64,000 nt of DNA from Candidatus Eiseniibacteriota bacterium (GTDB lineage: Bacteria > Eisenbacteria > RBG-16-71-46): the NCBI GenBank assembly GCA_038231135.1, contig JBBRLX010000001.1:10090-74089 (forward strand), in the 5' to 3' direction. Shown here in pieces: positions 47,604 through 57,019 of the stretch (positions within the stretch are counted from its first letter, which is position 1; every line of letters begins with the position of its first letter). Position numbers and translations under genes: made by a program. The notes below the pieces were generated by a model, which was given only the letters and a program-made list of their open reading frames with translations, ran no database searches and was not told the DNA's origin.

Positions 47604-48916
47604 GCCCCGCCGTGCTCGGCCACCACCACCACGGTCATGTCGTCGCTCTGGACCGCGCGGCCGCGGAATTTCTCGACGTCGGCGAACAGTCCGTCGATCA
47701 CCGGCAGCGGCAGCGACGCCGCGTGCCGGCTCCAGAACGCCTTGAGCCGGTCCTCGCCGTACTCCTCGTTGCGCCGGTCCAGCGCCTCCGAGATGCCGTC
47801 GCTGTAGAGCAACAGCGCGTCGCCGGCGCCGAACGACTCCTCGCCCGTCGGATACGCGGAGTCGTCGATGATCCCGAGTGGCAGCCCGCCCACGGTCAGC
47901 TCGACGAGCGACCCGTCGCGCCGCTTGAGCAGGGGATAGTTGTGGCCGGCGTTCGAATAGAACAGCCGGCCGCGCACGAGGTCGATCTCGGCGTAGAAGA
48001 ACGTGATGAACTTGCCGCTCGAAGCGCTTCGCAACACGCTGTGGTTGATGCTCTTCACGGCGTCGGCGATGGGATTGCGGCCGTCGCAGAACGCGCGCAG
48101 CGATGCCAGCACGCTCGACATCAGCAGCGCCGCCGGCGTGCCCTTGCCCGACACGTCGGCGATCGCCACACCGATGCGGCCGGGGCCAAGCAGGAAGTAG
48201 TCGAACGCGTCGCCGCCGACCTCGCGGGCAGGAACGATGCGCCCCATCGCCTCCCACGCGCCCTCGCGCAGCGGCCTGGCCGGCACCAGCGACATCTGGA
48301 TGTCGCGCGCCTGGTTCAGCTCACGCTGCATCGTCTCGGCCTCCTCAGCCAGCCGGCGGCGCTCGTGCGCCTCGACGCGCAGCCGGGCCTGCTCGATCAC
48401 GCCCGCGGAACTGCTCGCCACGATCGTGAGCAACTGGAGATCCTGAGGCGTCCAGTCGTGGCCGGGCTGGGCGAACGTCACCGCTAGCATGCCGGTGAAC
48501 CGGTTCTCGACCTTGAGCGGCACCGCGAGCACTGCGCGGATGCGGGTGTCGGCGCCCTTGAGCGCCACGAACCGCGGGTCGGCGGTCAGGTCGGGGGTGG
48601 CGAGCGGCTCGTTCTTCGCCATCAGGAACCCCATCACGTTCGTGGCGATCGCCGGCGGCCACGAGCCCGAGGACTTGCCGGGGTCACGCTGCGCCACCAG
48701 CGTCTTCACGGTGGGCTCGGTGAGCTCGGGCCCCAGCAGCTTGATGCTGCCCTCGTCGGCACCGAACATCGCCGTCGTCTTCTGCACCATCCAGTCGAGG
48801 ATCGGCTGCAGCTCGGTGTGCGACGCGACGACCGTGCTGAGCTCGGTGAGGAACTGGAGCTCCGCCATCAGGCGCTGCACGTCGGGCGTGGCGGCGGTCT
48901 GCGGGTTCGTGGTCAC
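47600..48916 (-). CDS. GAF-domain PP2C-family (SpoIIE/RsbU-like) serine phosphatase
   Basis: A GTG start at 48916 follows AAGGAC. An alternative ATG lies at 48868. The GAF region is followed by the PP2C motifs (GGDAFDYF, LYSDGISEA). Confidence 0.7.
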   Translation of the reverse strand: MTTNPQTAATPDVQRLMAELQFLTELSTVVASHTELQPILDWMVQKTTAMFGADEGSIKLLGPELTEPTVKTLVAQRDPGKSSGSWPPAIATNVMGFLMAKNEPLATPDLTADPRFVALKGADTRIRAVLAVPLKVENRFTGMLAVTFAQPGHDWTPQDLQLLTIVASSSAGVIEQARLRVEAHERRRLAEEAETMQRELNQARDIQMSLVPARPLREGAWEAMGRIVPAREVGGDAFDYFLLGPGRIGVAIADVSGKGTPAALLMSSVLASLRAFCDGRNPIADAVKSINHSVLRSASSGKFITFFYAEIDLVRGRLFYSNAGHNYPLLKRRDGSLVELTVGGLPLGIIDDSAYPTGEESFGAGDALLLYSDGISEALDRRNEEYGEDRLKAFWSRHAASLPLPVIDGLFADVEKFRGRAVQSDDMTVVVVAEHGGA

Positions 48917-49122
48917 GGGCAGGTCCTTGGCACGAGGGCACGGGTTCGCGGCCTGATGGCGGCGTGGTGGGGAGTCTAGGGCCGCCGTTTGGCCCCCACA
49001 AGGACCGGCCGCGGGCGGGGTGCCGAGCCGCGGAAACACCGCGGCAAAGTTGCTGTCACGGCGGGCGCTGCCTATACTGCCGCGTTCGCCTGCGCGTTCC
49101 GCTCCTGGCTCAGAGATCCGCC

Positions 49123-49923
49123 ATGACGACCTCCACGATGCCGACCTACCAGAATCTGCTGATCGAGCGCGCCGGCGCCGTCACGGTGCTGCGCATCAAC
49201 CGGCCGGACGTCCTGAACGCGCTCAACCGCGCGACGCTGACCGAGATCGAGGCCGCAGCGCGCGCGTTCGTCGCCGACGATGCCCAGGCGGCGCTGATCG
49301 TCACGGGCGCCGGCGACAAGAGCTTCATCTCGGGCGCCGACATCAACGAGCTCGCGGTGCTCGGCCCCGCGGCGGCCGAGGACATCTCGCGGTTCGGCCA
49401 GCGGGTGCTCGAGGTGCTCGAGCGCTCGCCCAAGCCGGTGATCGCCGCGGTGAATGGCTACGCGTTCGGCGGCGGCTGCGAACTGGCGCTGGCGTGTCAC
49501 ATGCGGCTCGCCAGCGAGAACGCGGTGCTCGGGCTGCCCGAGGTGAGCCTGGGCATCATCCCGGGCTACGGCGGCACGCAGCGGCTGCCGCGGCTGATTG
49601 GCGCCGGGCGCGCGCTCGAGCTGATGCTGTCGGGTGGCAGGGTCAAGGCCGACGAGGCGGTGCGCATCGGCCTCGTGAACCGCGTGGTGCCGCGCGAACA
49701 GTTGATGGACGAGGCGATGAAGCTGGCGCAGGCGATCGTCAAGAACGGCCCGCTCGCGGTGTCGGCGGTGCTCGAGGCGGTGCATCGCGGGCTCCAGCTG
49801 CCGCTCGATCAGGGCCTGCGGCTCGAGAGCGGCCTGTTCGGCATCCTCGCCGCGAGCGAGGACATGCACGAAGGCCTGAACGCGTTCCTCGAGAAGCGGC
49901 CCGCACGGTTCCAGCGCCGATGA
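49123..49923 (+). CDS. Enoyl-CoA hydratase/isomerase (crotonase family)
   Basis: The 266-aa product shows the crotonase motifs (IVTGAGDKSFISGADI, AAVNGYAFGGGCELALACH). Confidence 0.85.
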   Translation: MTTSTMPTYQNLLIERAGAVTVLRINRPDVLNALNRATLTEIEAAARAFVADDAQAALIVTGAGDKSFISGADINELAVLGPAAAEDISRFGQRVLEVLERSPKPVIAAVNGYAFGGGCELALACHMRLASENAVLGLPEVSLGIIPGYGGTQRLPRLIGAGRALELMLSGGRVKADEAVRIGLVNRVVPREQLMDEAMKLAQAIVKNGPLAVSAVLEAVHRGLQLPLDQGLRLESGLFGILAASEDMHEGLNAFLEKRPARFQRR

Positions 49924-50387
49924 ACCTCATGCCTCCGGTGACCGTGAACGGTGGCGTGGTGAACGATCTCATCGCCATGCTGGTCTCGACGGTGCTCGGC
50001 ACCATGGTGGGGTGGGAGCGCCAGCTCGGGCGCAAGCCGGCCGGGCTGCGCACGCACACGCTGGTGTGCCTCGGTTCCACGATGTTCGTGCTGGTGACGA
50101 AGCACGCGGTCGCCGACATCGGCGGCCCCAGCACGGATCCCACGCGCATCATCCATGGCGTGATCACCGGCGTGGGCTTCCTCGGCGCCGGCAGCATCAT
50201 GCGCACCGAGGGCTACGTGCACGGGCTCACCACCGCGGCCAGCGTGTGGATGGTGGCCGCGATCGGCGTCGCGGTCGGCGTGCACTCCTACTGGCTGGCG
50301 CTGATGGGCACGGTGCTCGCACTGATCGTGCTCGAATTCTTCCGCTGGGTCGAGCGCTTCATGTCGCCGCAGGACACCGACGGCTGA
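49920..50387 (+). CDS. mgtC: MgtC/SapB-family membrane protein
   Basis: ATGA overlap with the upstream gene. The 155-aa product is hydrophobic, with GLRTHTLVCLGS and ITGVGFLGAGSIM. Confidence 0.75.
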   Translation: MNLMPPVTVNGGVVNDLIAMLVSTVLGTMVGWERQLGRKPAGLRTHTLVCLGSTMFVLVTKHAVADIGGPSTDPTRIIHGVITGVGFLGAGSIMRTEGYVHGLTTAASVWMVAAIGVAVGVHSYWLALMGTVLALIVLEFFRWVERFMSPQDTDG

Positions 50388-50480
50388 TTCGGACGCCGGG
50401 CGCGGGCTGCCTTCTGCGACCCGCGGGATCCCGCAGACCCCATCGATGAACCACGCGACCCCGGGCGGGACCGCGACCCG

Positions 50481-52295
50481 TCACCGCAGCCGCACCACCC
50501 GCTGGAACCGCACGCCCCACAGCGTCACAAGCCGCGCGAAGTAGACGCCGGCCGGCGCCGGCGCGGCCGATGCGAGCTGACCGCTCCACAGCACGCGATG
50601 CTCGCCCGCGGTGAACGTGCCGTCCTGAGCCCGCCACACGCTGCGCCCCGCAAGGTCGAGTATGTCGAGCCGCGCGCGCCCCGCCTGGGGCAGCGTGAAC
50701 CGCAGCGTCACCGGACCGGTCGCGGGCACCGGCCACGGCCGGGCGAAGCTCAGCGCCGCCGCGGCGCCTGCGGGGACGCCGGTGTCCTGCACGATGTGGA
50801 ACGCGGAGTCGCTGACGGCGACCGCGGTGTTGAGGCCGGGATCGTACGCGGTGACGCGCACGAACGCGCTGTCGCACGAGACGTTCGGCGCCGACCACGT
50901 GTAGAGGCCGGAGTTCGGGACGCCCGCGATCCGGATCCAGGGGCCGCCGCTGCCGTGCAGCGAATATTCGATCCGGAGCGAATCGACGTTCAGGTTGTCG
51001 TCGGCGCTCCACATCACATCCTGGTCGCTGGCGCCGTACCAGGACTCGCCACCGACCGGCGCGATCAGGCTCACGATCGGCGGCGACTGGTCGGCGATCG
51101 TGAAGCGGCCGCTGATGCCGCTGCCGACGTTCCCCGCCGCGTCGCGGCCGGTCACACGTACGCGTGCCTGGGCGCTCACGAGGTGCGGGAGGTTCCACGC
51201 CCTGGAGCCGCTGTTCGCGATGTTCGTGGCGATCGCGGTCCAGTGCGCGCCGTCGTCGAGCGAGTAGTGGACGTCGACGCTCGTCACCGCCAGGTTGTCG
51301 ATCGCGGTCCAGGTGATCGTGTGCGCGCTGCCGGCGGCCCACGTCACGCCGCCCGCGGGCGAGGTGACGGTCACGGTCGGCGGGCTGGTGTCGGCCAACG
51401 GCCGGCGCGTCACCCATTGCGTTCCGTTCAGGAACAGCACGCTATCCTTGCCCCCGGCTTCCGCCCAGCCGTTTTGCACGTTGGAGCCGTCCGATGCGCT
51501 CCCGTCGTCGGCGGGCGAGCTGTCGGTAACGAAGAACACCCGTCCGATGCCGTACATGGCCTGTGCCGCCATGACCGCGCCGTTGCCCTGCGGCGTGGCG
51601 CTGCGCCAGACGTTGCCGCGCACGCTGGGGTTGATCGCGGGGTAGAGCGTCATCGAGGTGCCGTTGTGGAATGCGAGCGCGTCCACCACGCCATTGGGCC
51701 CGTGGATGATCGAATCGTCGGGCGCCGTGTCCACGTTCAGCGACGTCTCGCTGAAGTTGCCGGCCGCCGAGACGTCGAACGACACGCCGAACAGGTGCTG
51801 GGTGTCGAGCGCGTTCAGGGCGCGGGGTGAGTCGACGCCGTCCGGGGGGTTGTTGCGGTCCGAACCGATGTGGTCCGAGATCGCCACCAGGCCGCCGCCG
51901 TTCCGGACGAAATTGAAGATCGCCGTGGACTCGGCCACCGTGAACGAGGTGTTGGGCTCGTTCTCGATGAACACGTCGTAGTTCGACAGATCGTAGGGAT
52001 TGAGGGCATTGCCGTACGTGATGCCGTAGACGGTGGTGAGCGTCACCACCGTGTACCCGCGCTTGACGAGCTGCACACCCCACGCGGAATTCGCGCCGCT
52101 CCAGTAGGTCTCGGGCGTGCTCCAGGTGATGCCGCTCTGCGGCGGCGACGGCACCGGCTGGTCGTTGTCGATGATCCAGTTCGCGTTGCCGGCGGTCTGC
52201 GAGTGGGTGTTGTCGAACAGCGCCCGGGGCGGCGCGGCAGCGGCCGGGGCGGCCACCAGCAGGAGCAGCAGGGCGAAGCCGTGAAGCAGGCGCAT
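50481..52295 (-). CDS. Secreted protein with N-terminal ThuA/glutamine-amidotransferase-like region, Ig-like repeats and C-terminal FlgD-Ig/T9SS-like domain
   Basis: The ATG at 52295 opens a signal peptide (MRLLHGFALLLLLVAAPAAAA). The C-terminus is PWPVPATGPVTLRFTLP...VYFARLV...VVRLR. Confidence 0.7.
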   Translation of the reverse strand: MRLLHGFALLLLLVAAPAAAAPPRALFDNTHSQTAGNANWIIDNDQPVPSPPQSGITWSTPETYWSGANSAWGVQLVKRGYTVVTLTTVYGITYGNALNPYDLSNYDVFIENEPNTSFTVAESTAIFNFVRNGGGLVAISDHIGSDRNNPPDGVDSPRALNALDTQHLFGVSFDVSAAGNFSETSLNVDTAPDDSIIHGPNGVVDALAFHNGTSMTLYPAINPSVRGNVWRSATPQGNGAVMAAQAMYGIGRVFFVTDSSPADDGSASDGSNVQNGWAEAGGKDSVLFLNGTQWVTRRPLADTSPPTVTVTSPAGGVTWAAGSAHTITWTAIDNLAVTSVDVHYSLDDGAHWTAIATNIANSGSRAWNLPHLVSAQARVRVTGRDAAGNVGSGISGRFTIADQSPPIVSLIAPVGGESWYGASDQDVMWSADDNLNVDSLRIEYSLHGSGGPWIRIAGVPNSGLYTWSAPNVSCDSAFVRVTAYDPGLNTAVAVSDSAFHIVQDTGVPAGAAAALSFARPWPVPATGPVTLRFTLPQAGRARLDILDLAGRSVWRAQDGTFTAGEHRVLWSGQLASAAPAPAGVYFARLVTLWGVRFQRVVRLR

Positions 52296-52603
52296 GGCAG
52301 GTCCAGGGCTGGGTGTCGGGCGAGGGGGCGACTTGGCCCGGGGCAGGGCCGTTGAACCCATGAGTCTAGCACACGCCTCACGGCGTCCCCGGGGTTTCGG
52401 GGGCCGCCTCGATGGGCTGGACCCGCCGGTTCCGCCGCCGTTAACCCGCGTGGGATTCAATGAACGCCGGCGCCGCGGATCGGCGTTTCAGCTCCGGCGG
52501 GGATGTGATCCCGGGCCGGTTTCCACCCGAGGGAGGCAGCCATGGGCAGCGCGAACGCCGGTCACGGATGTCAGGATCGCGACGCGCACGTGGCGGTCAG
52601 CTG

Positions 52604-52819
52604 ATGCCGGCGCCGCTGGTCCTGGTGAATCCCGGAGAACCGCACACCGCGATCGCGAACGCGCTGCGGCTGGCCGCGGAAGGCAATCACGTGATCGAGT
52701 TCCGCTGCACGAACTGCATGGGAGTGATCGGGAGTCTCAGCGACGAGATCGCGTCCCTCGAGACCGGGATCCGCACCCAGCTGTGGGCCGCAATCGACCG
52801 TCACCGCTGCCCCCGGTGA
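52604..52819 (+). CDS. Hypothetical small Cys-containing protein (71 aa)
   Basis: ORF with a protein-like composition (NHVIEFRCTNCMGVIGS...HRCPR). No strong ribosome binding site. Confidence 0.25.
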   Translation: MPAPLVLVNPGEPHTAIANALRLAAEGNHVIEFRCTNCMGVIGSLSDEIASLETGIRTQLWAAIDRHRCPR

Positions 52820-52859
52820 GCCTGAGGTCGGCCCCGCCGGGCGCGGGCCCGCGCCCGCG

Positions 52860-53945
52860 CTAGACGCCGGCCCCGGACTTCGTCGCGCCTTCCAGCTCCT
52901 CCAGCACCAGTGCGCCGATCTGCCCGGTGCTGAGCCCCGAATCGGTCCCGAGCGACGGCAGCCGCCGGGACGACACCAGGCGCGCGACGGCGTCCTCGAC
53001 GCGCTTCGCGGCCGCGGCTTCGCCGAGCCAGTCCAGCATCATCTGCACGGCCATGATCGCGGCGATCGGATTCGCGACGCCCTTGCCCGCGTACTTGGGG
53101 GCCGAGCCGTGGATCGGCTCGAACAACGACACCTGTCCCGGGTGGATGTTTCCCGACGCCGCAATGCCTAGCCCGCCCTGGATCATCGCCGCCAGGTCGG
53201 TGAAGATGTCGCCGAACATGTTGCTGGTGACCGCGGTGTCGTACTGCGCGGGATCGCGCACCACGTACATGCACGCGGCGTCGATGTACTGGTGGTCGCG
53301 CGTGATGTCCGGATATTCGGCGCCGACCTCGGCGAACGTGCGGGTCCACAGGTCCATCGCTCGCACGGCGTTCGCCTTGTCGATCAGCGTGAGCTTGTTC
53401 GCCTTGTTCCGGCGGCGCGCGAGTTCGAACGCGTAGCGGATCACGCGCTCCACGCCCTTGCGCGTGAAGATGATCTCCTGGGTCGCGACCTCGTCGGGCG
53501 TGCCCTTCTTGAAGAATCCGCGCATGCCCGCGTAGGCGTCCTCGGTGTTCTCGCGCACCACCACGAAGTCGACGTCCTTGGGGCCGGTGTCCTTGAGCGG
53601 GCACAGGTGCTCGGCGTAGAGCTTCACCGGCCGCAGGTTCACGAACAGGTCGAGCTCGAACCGCAGTTTCGCGATGATCCCGAACTCGAGCAGCCCCACC
53701 TCGATCCGGGGATCGCCGATCGCCCCCAATAGAATGGCGTCGTGCTGCTTCACTTCCAGGAACGCCGGATCGGGGAAGATCTCCTTCGTGCGCAGGTAGT
53801 GCTCGGCGCCGAACGGATAGGGGGTGGTCGTGACGCGGAAGCCTTCGACCGCGGCCACGCGCTCGAGCACGCGCAACGCTTCGCGGACGACTTCTGGGCC
53901 GATCCCGTCCCCCGGGATCACGGCGATGCGATAGTCCCTGGCCAT
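52860..53945 (-). CDS. Isocitrate/isopropylmalate-dehydrogenase-family enzyme (tartrate dehydrogenase / 3-isopropylmalate dehydrogenase-like)
   Basis: The ATG at 53945 follows GAGGAG. The product has IPGDGIGPEV and NMFGDIFTDLAAMIQGGLGIAASGN. Confidence 0.8.
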   Translation of the reverse strand: MARDYRIAVIPGDGIGPEVVREALRVLERVAAVEGFRVTTTPYPFGAEHYLRTKEIFPDPAFLEVKQHDAILLGAIGDPRIEVGLLEFGIIAKLRFELDLFVNLRPVKLYAEHLCPLKDTGPKDVDFVVVRENTEDAYAGMRGFFKKGTPDEVATQEIIFTRKGVERVIRYAFELARRRNKANKLTLIDKANAVRAMDLWTRTFAEVGAEYPDITRDHQYIDAACMYVVRDPAQYDTAVTSNMFGDIFTDLAAMIQGGLGIAASGNIHPGQVSLFEPIHGSAPKYAGKGVANPIAAIMAVQMMLDWLGEAAAAKRVEDAVARLVSSRRLPSLGTDSGLSTGQIGALVLEELEGATKSGAGV

Positions 53946-54316
53946 GCGACTCCTCTGAGTGTGGGGATGAAACCCCGCGTGCTGGGCGGCGTCTGATGGG
54001 TTGCCACCGGACGCTAACAGAGGCTGCCGGAGTCCTCCAACACGACCATTTTTTCTCCGCTCGGTTGGAAAAATGTAGAAGTGGGATCTTCGTCCGTTTC
54101 CTGGCCTCCGTGGAACCATCGAATTTCAAATGACTTACGCGCGTCGCGAAGTCTGTAAGGTTGGCACGAATCTTCCGAAGGGACCGGAAATTCAAATTTC
54201 CACACCTTTCACGTGAGCGCCGTCTCCGGGATCCGGATGAGCCCCGCACCGGCGATCCGCAGAGTGCCCTCGTCGAAGCGTTCTATATGTGCCGCCGCCC
54301 AACTCTCGAGGACTTC

Positions 54317-55747
54317 ATGATCAAGACCGAGGCTCCGCCCAACGCGATCCAGGATGATCAACTGGTGGAACTGCTGACGGCGCTGACCGCGCTCAGGGAA
54401 GGCCGCCGCGATGTGCGGCTGCCGTCGCAGTGGACCGGAGTCTCGGGCAAGGTGGCGAGCGCGTTCGCGGAAGTGGCCGAGCTCAACGAGCGCATGGCCG
54501 ACGAGCTGGCGCGGCTGCGGCGCGTCGCCGGCCGCGAAGGAGGTTTGCGCCAGCGGCTGTCGGTCGGCGACGTGAGCGGCTTCTGGCGCGATTCGGTGGA
54601 TTCGGTGAACGACCTGATCGACGACCTCGTGTGCGACGACCGCAACAAGAGCGAATTCCTCGCGATGCTCGCTCACGAGCTGCGCAATCCGCTCGCGCCC
54701 GTGCGGAACGCGATCGAGGTCCTGAATCTGGACGGCCTTGCCCCGGACCGGCAGCAATGGGCGCGCGGCGTGATCGACCGGCAGATGCAACAGATGACCC
54801 GGCTGATCGACGATCTGCTCGACATGAGCCGGATCACGCGCAACCAGCTCGAGCTGCGCCGCGAGCGAGTGACGCTCGCGGAGGTGGTGCAAGGCGCGAT
54901 CGAGACCAGCCGGCCGCTGATCGAATCGCACGGTCACCGGCTCACGGTGACGCTCCCCGCGGAGCCCGTGTATCTCGAGGCGGATCTCACACGCCTCGCG
55001 CAGGTGCTGCTCAACCTGCTGAACAACGCCGCCAAGTACACGGAGAATGGCGGGCTCATCGAGTTGGAGGCGCGCCGCGGGGATGGCGACGTCGCGGTGG
55101 TGGTGCGTGACACCGGCATCGGGATCCCGCGTGAGCAACTGCCACGGATCTTCGACATGTTCACCCGGCTCGACCGCTCGCTCGAGAAGTCGCAGGGCGG
55201 GCTCGGCATCGGTCTTACGCTCGTGAAGCGACTGGTCGACATGCACGGCGGCACGATCACCGCCGACAGCGAGGGCCCCGGGCTCGGCAGCGAGTTCACG
55301 TTGCGGCTGCCCGTAGCCCGCCCGCCGGCAGCGGCGTCGCCGTCGCCGTCGAAACGCCTGGTCCGCGCCCCGCAGCCATTCCGGATCCTCGTCGCCGACG
55401 ACAACACGGACGCCGCCGACACGCTCGGGATGCTGCTCGAGAGCATGGGCCACAGCGCACGGGTCGCCTACGATGGGCTCGAGGCCATCGAGGCGGCGCA
55501 GGACTTCCAGCCCGAGGTCGCGTTCATCGACGTGGGCATGCCGCGACTGAACGGGCTCGACGCCTGTCGCCGGTTGCGCGCCGACCACGGCTCCGATGCG
55601 ATGGTGCTGATCGCGCTGACGGGCTGGGGACAGGACGAGGATCGCCGCCGGACGCGTGAGGCCGGCTTCGACCACCATATGGTCAAACCGGTCGATCCCA
55701 CGCAACTCATCCGGATACTCGCCGAGCTGCAGGCGGTCCGGGGCTGA
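54317..55747 (+). CDS. Hybrid sensor histidine kinase / response regulator
   Basis: HisKA block (FLAMLAHELRNPLAPV), HATPase block (RDTGIGIP, GGLGIGLTLV) and a C-terminal REC domain (ILVADDN...D...K). Earlier in-frame starts exist at 54161 and 54287. Confidence 0.75.
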   Translation: MIKTEAPPNAIQDDQLVELLTALTALREGRRDVRLPSQWTGVSGKVASAFAEVAELNERMADELARLRRVAGREGGLRQRLSVGDVSGFWRDSVDSVNDLIDDLVCDDRNKSEFLAMLAHELRNPLAPVRNAIEVLNLDGLAPDRQQWARGVIDRQMQQMTRLIDDLLDMSRITRNQLELRRERVTLAEVVQGAIETSRPLIESHGHRLTVTLPAEPVYLEADLTRLAQVLLNLLNNAAKYTENGGLIELEARRGDGDVAVVVRDTGIGIPREQLPRIFDMFTRLDRSLEKSQGGLGIGLTLVKRLVDMHGGTITADSEGPGLGSEFTLRLPVARPPAAASPSPSKRLVRAPQPFRILVADDNTDAADTLGMLLESMGHSARVAYDGLEAIEAAQDFQPEVAFIDVGMPRLNGLDACRRLRADHGSDAMVLIALTGWGQDEDRRRTREAGFDHHMVKPVDPTQLIRILAELQAVRG

Positions 55748-55753
55748 GACCGG

Positions 55754-57019
55754 TCAGCTCCCGGAATGCAGCGTGAGCTGAATCGCCGTCCACACCGGCT
55801 GCGGCTCGTTGTGCTTCAAGGCCGGGCTGAACCGCCACATCGGCAGGGCGCCCAGCACGGCCGACACCACGGACGGCGGAATGCGCCCGGCGTCGAACCA
55901 TGGCAGCTCGTGCAGCACGATCCGGCCCTGCCGGTTGACGAGCACCGGCAGCGTGAGGTCGGCGGCGGTGCCGTGGCGGCCCGAGTCCGGCAGCGCGGCC
56001 TTGATGGAGCGCACGATCAGCGTCGGCTGGTCCATCTGGACGAACTCCTCGAGCTTGGGACCCAAAGGCGAGGTGAGGAGCCCGGCGGCGCGTTCGCCGG
56101 TGAGCAGTTCGGCCGGCAGCGAATCCGGGTGCCCGAATGGCAGCTGCGCGCGCACCAGCGCGGTCGCGGCGGCGCGATAACTGGAGTCGAGCGACACCGC
56201 GGTGCGGAACCGGTCCTGGGCCTCCATGCGCCGGCCGTCGCGCCACGCGAACACGCCTCGCAGGTAGAACGCCTCGGGCAGCGTGGGATCGAGCTCGGCG
56301 GCCACGTCAGCGGCGTGCCGCGACGTCTCGAGATCGCCGTCGTGCCCGGCGCACACGGCGAGGATCAGCCATTCCTTGCCCGCCAGCGGCCGCGCGGCCA
56401 CCGCGGCATCCGCCGCGACGCGCGCCTCGTGCCACTTCGCGAGCGTGGCGCCCAGCTCGGCGCGGGCCCGCACGATGTACCAGTGCCAGCCGTCGAACGA
56501 GCCGTTCACCCAATAGCGGTCACGCTCCGACTGGTAGTCGCGCCGGCGCGTCGCCGGCATCGAATCGTGTTCGGCGGCGACGAGCACCGGTCCCGTCAGG
56601 CGCTTCCAGGCCGCGTCCCTGAGCCCGAGCCGCGACTCGGCGAGCGCCATCGCGATCTCCAGGTCCGCGTCGGGCTTCACCCGGTCGTGGAGCTGGCGCA
56701 GTTCGTCCAGCTCGGGGCCGTAGGCGCCGAGGTCGTCGAGGCGCTTGGCATCGGCGGCGAGGTCGGCAATCGCGAGGCCTGAGGCATGGGCGGCCGGCGC
56801 GGGACCAGGCCTCAGCCGGGGCGCCGTGCGCGGACGCGGCGGCGCATCGCCGAGCGCGGGCGCCGAGGCGAATGCCCGGCCGGGGCTCAGCAGCATCGCC
56901 GCGGCGCACGCGAGCGCGGCGGACGTCGCGAGCGCGGAGCGTAGCCGGAGCCTCGACCGGCGGCCGGCGGGCGTTCGAAGCACGCGTGCCGGGCGGCAAG
57001 ACGGGGCCATCGCGCTCAT
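55754..57019 (-). CDS. Secreted/periplasmic protein with C-terminal TonB-C-like domain
   Basis: The ATG at 57019 overlaps the upstream stop (ATGA). The C-terminus (VLVNRQGRIVLHELPWFDAG...ALPMWRFSPALKHNEP) resembles the TonB C-terminal fold. Confidence 0.5.
   Translation of the reverse strand: MSAMAPSCRPARVLRTPAGRRSRLRLRSALATSAALACAAAMLLSPGRAFASAPALGDAPPRPRTAPRLRPGPAPAAHASGLAIADLAADAKRLDDLGAYGPELDELRQLHDRVKPDADLEIAMALAESRLGLRDAAWKRLTGPVLVAAEHDSMPATRRRDYQSERDRYWVNGSFDGWHWYIVRARAELGATLAKWHEARVAADAAVAARPLAGKEWLILAVCAGHDGDLETSRHAADVAAELDPTLPEAFYLRGVFAWRDGRRMEAQDRFRTAVSLDSSYRAAATALVRAQLPFGHPDSLPAELLTGERAAGLLTSPLGPKLEEFVQMDQPTLIVRSIKAALPDSGRHGTAADLTLPVLVNRQGRIVLHELPWFDAGRIPPSVVSAVLGALPMWRFSPALKHNEPQPVWTAIQLTLHSGS

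Noticed and set aside
46692-48257. 521-aa mtgA ORF with a 230-aa Arg-rich N-terminal extension
   Set aside because: The extension overlaps the PP2C phosphatase gene out of frame. The true start is the ATG at 47603, coupled to the phosphatase stop; it gives a standard TM-anchored MtgA.
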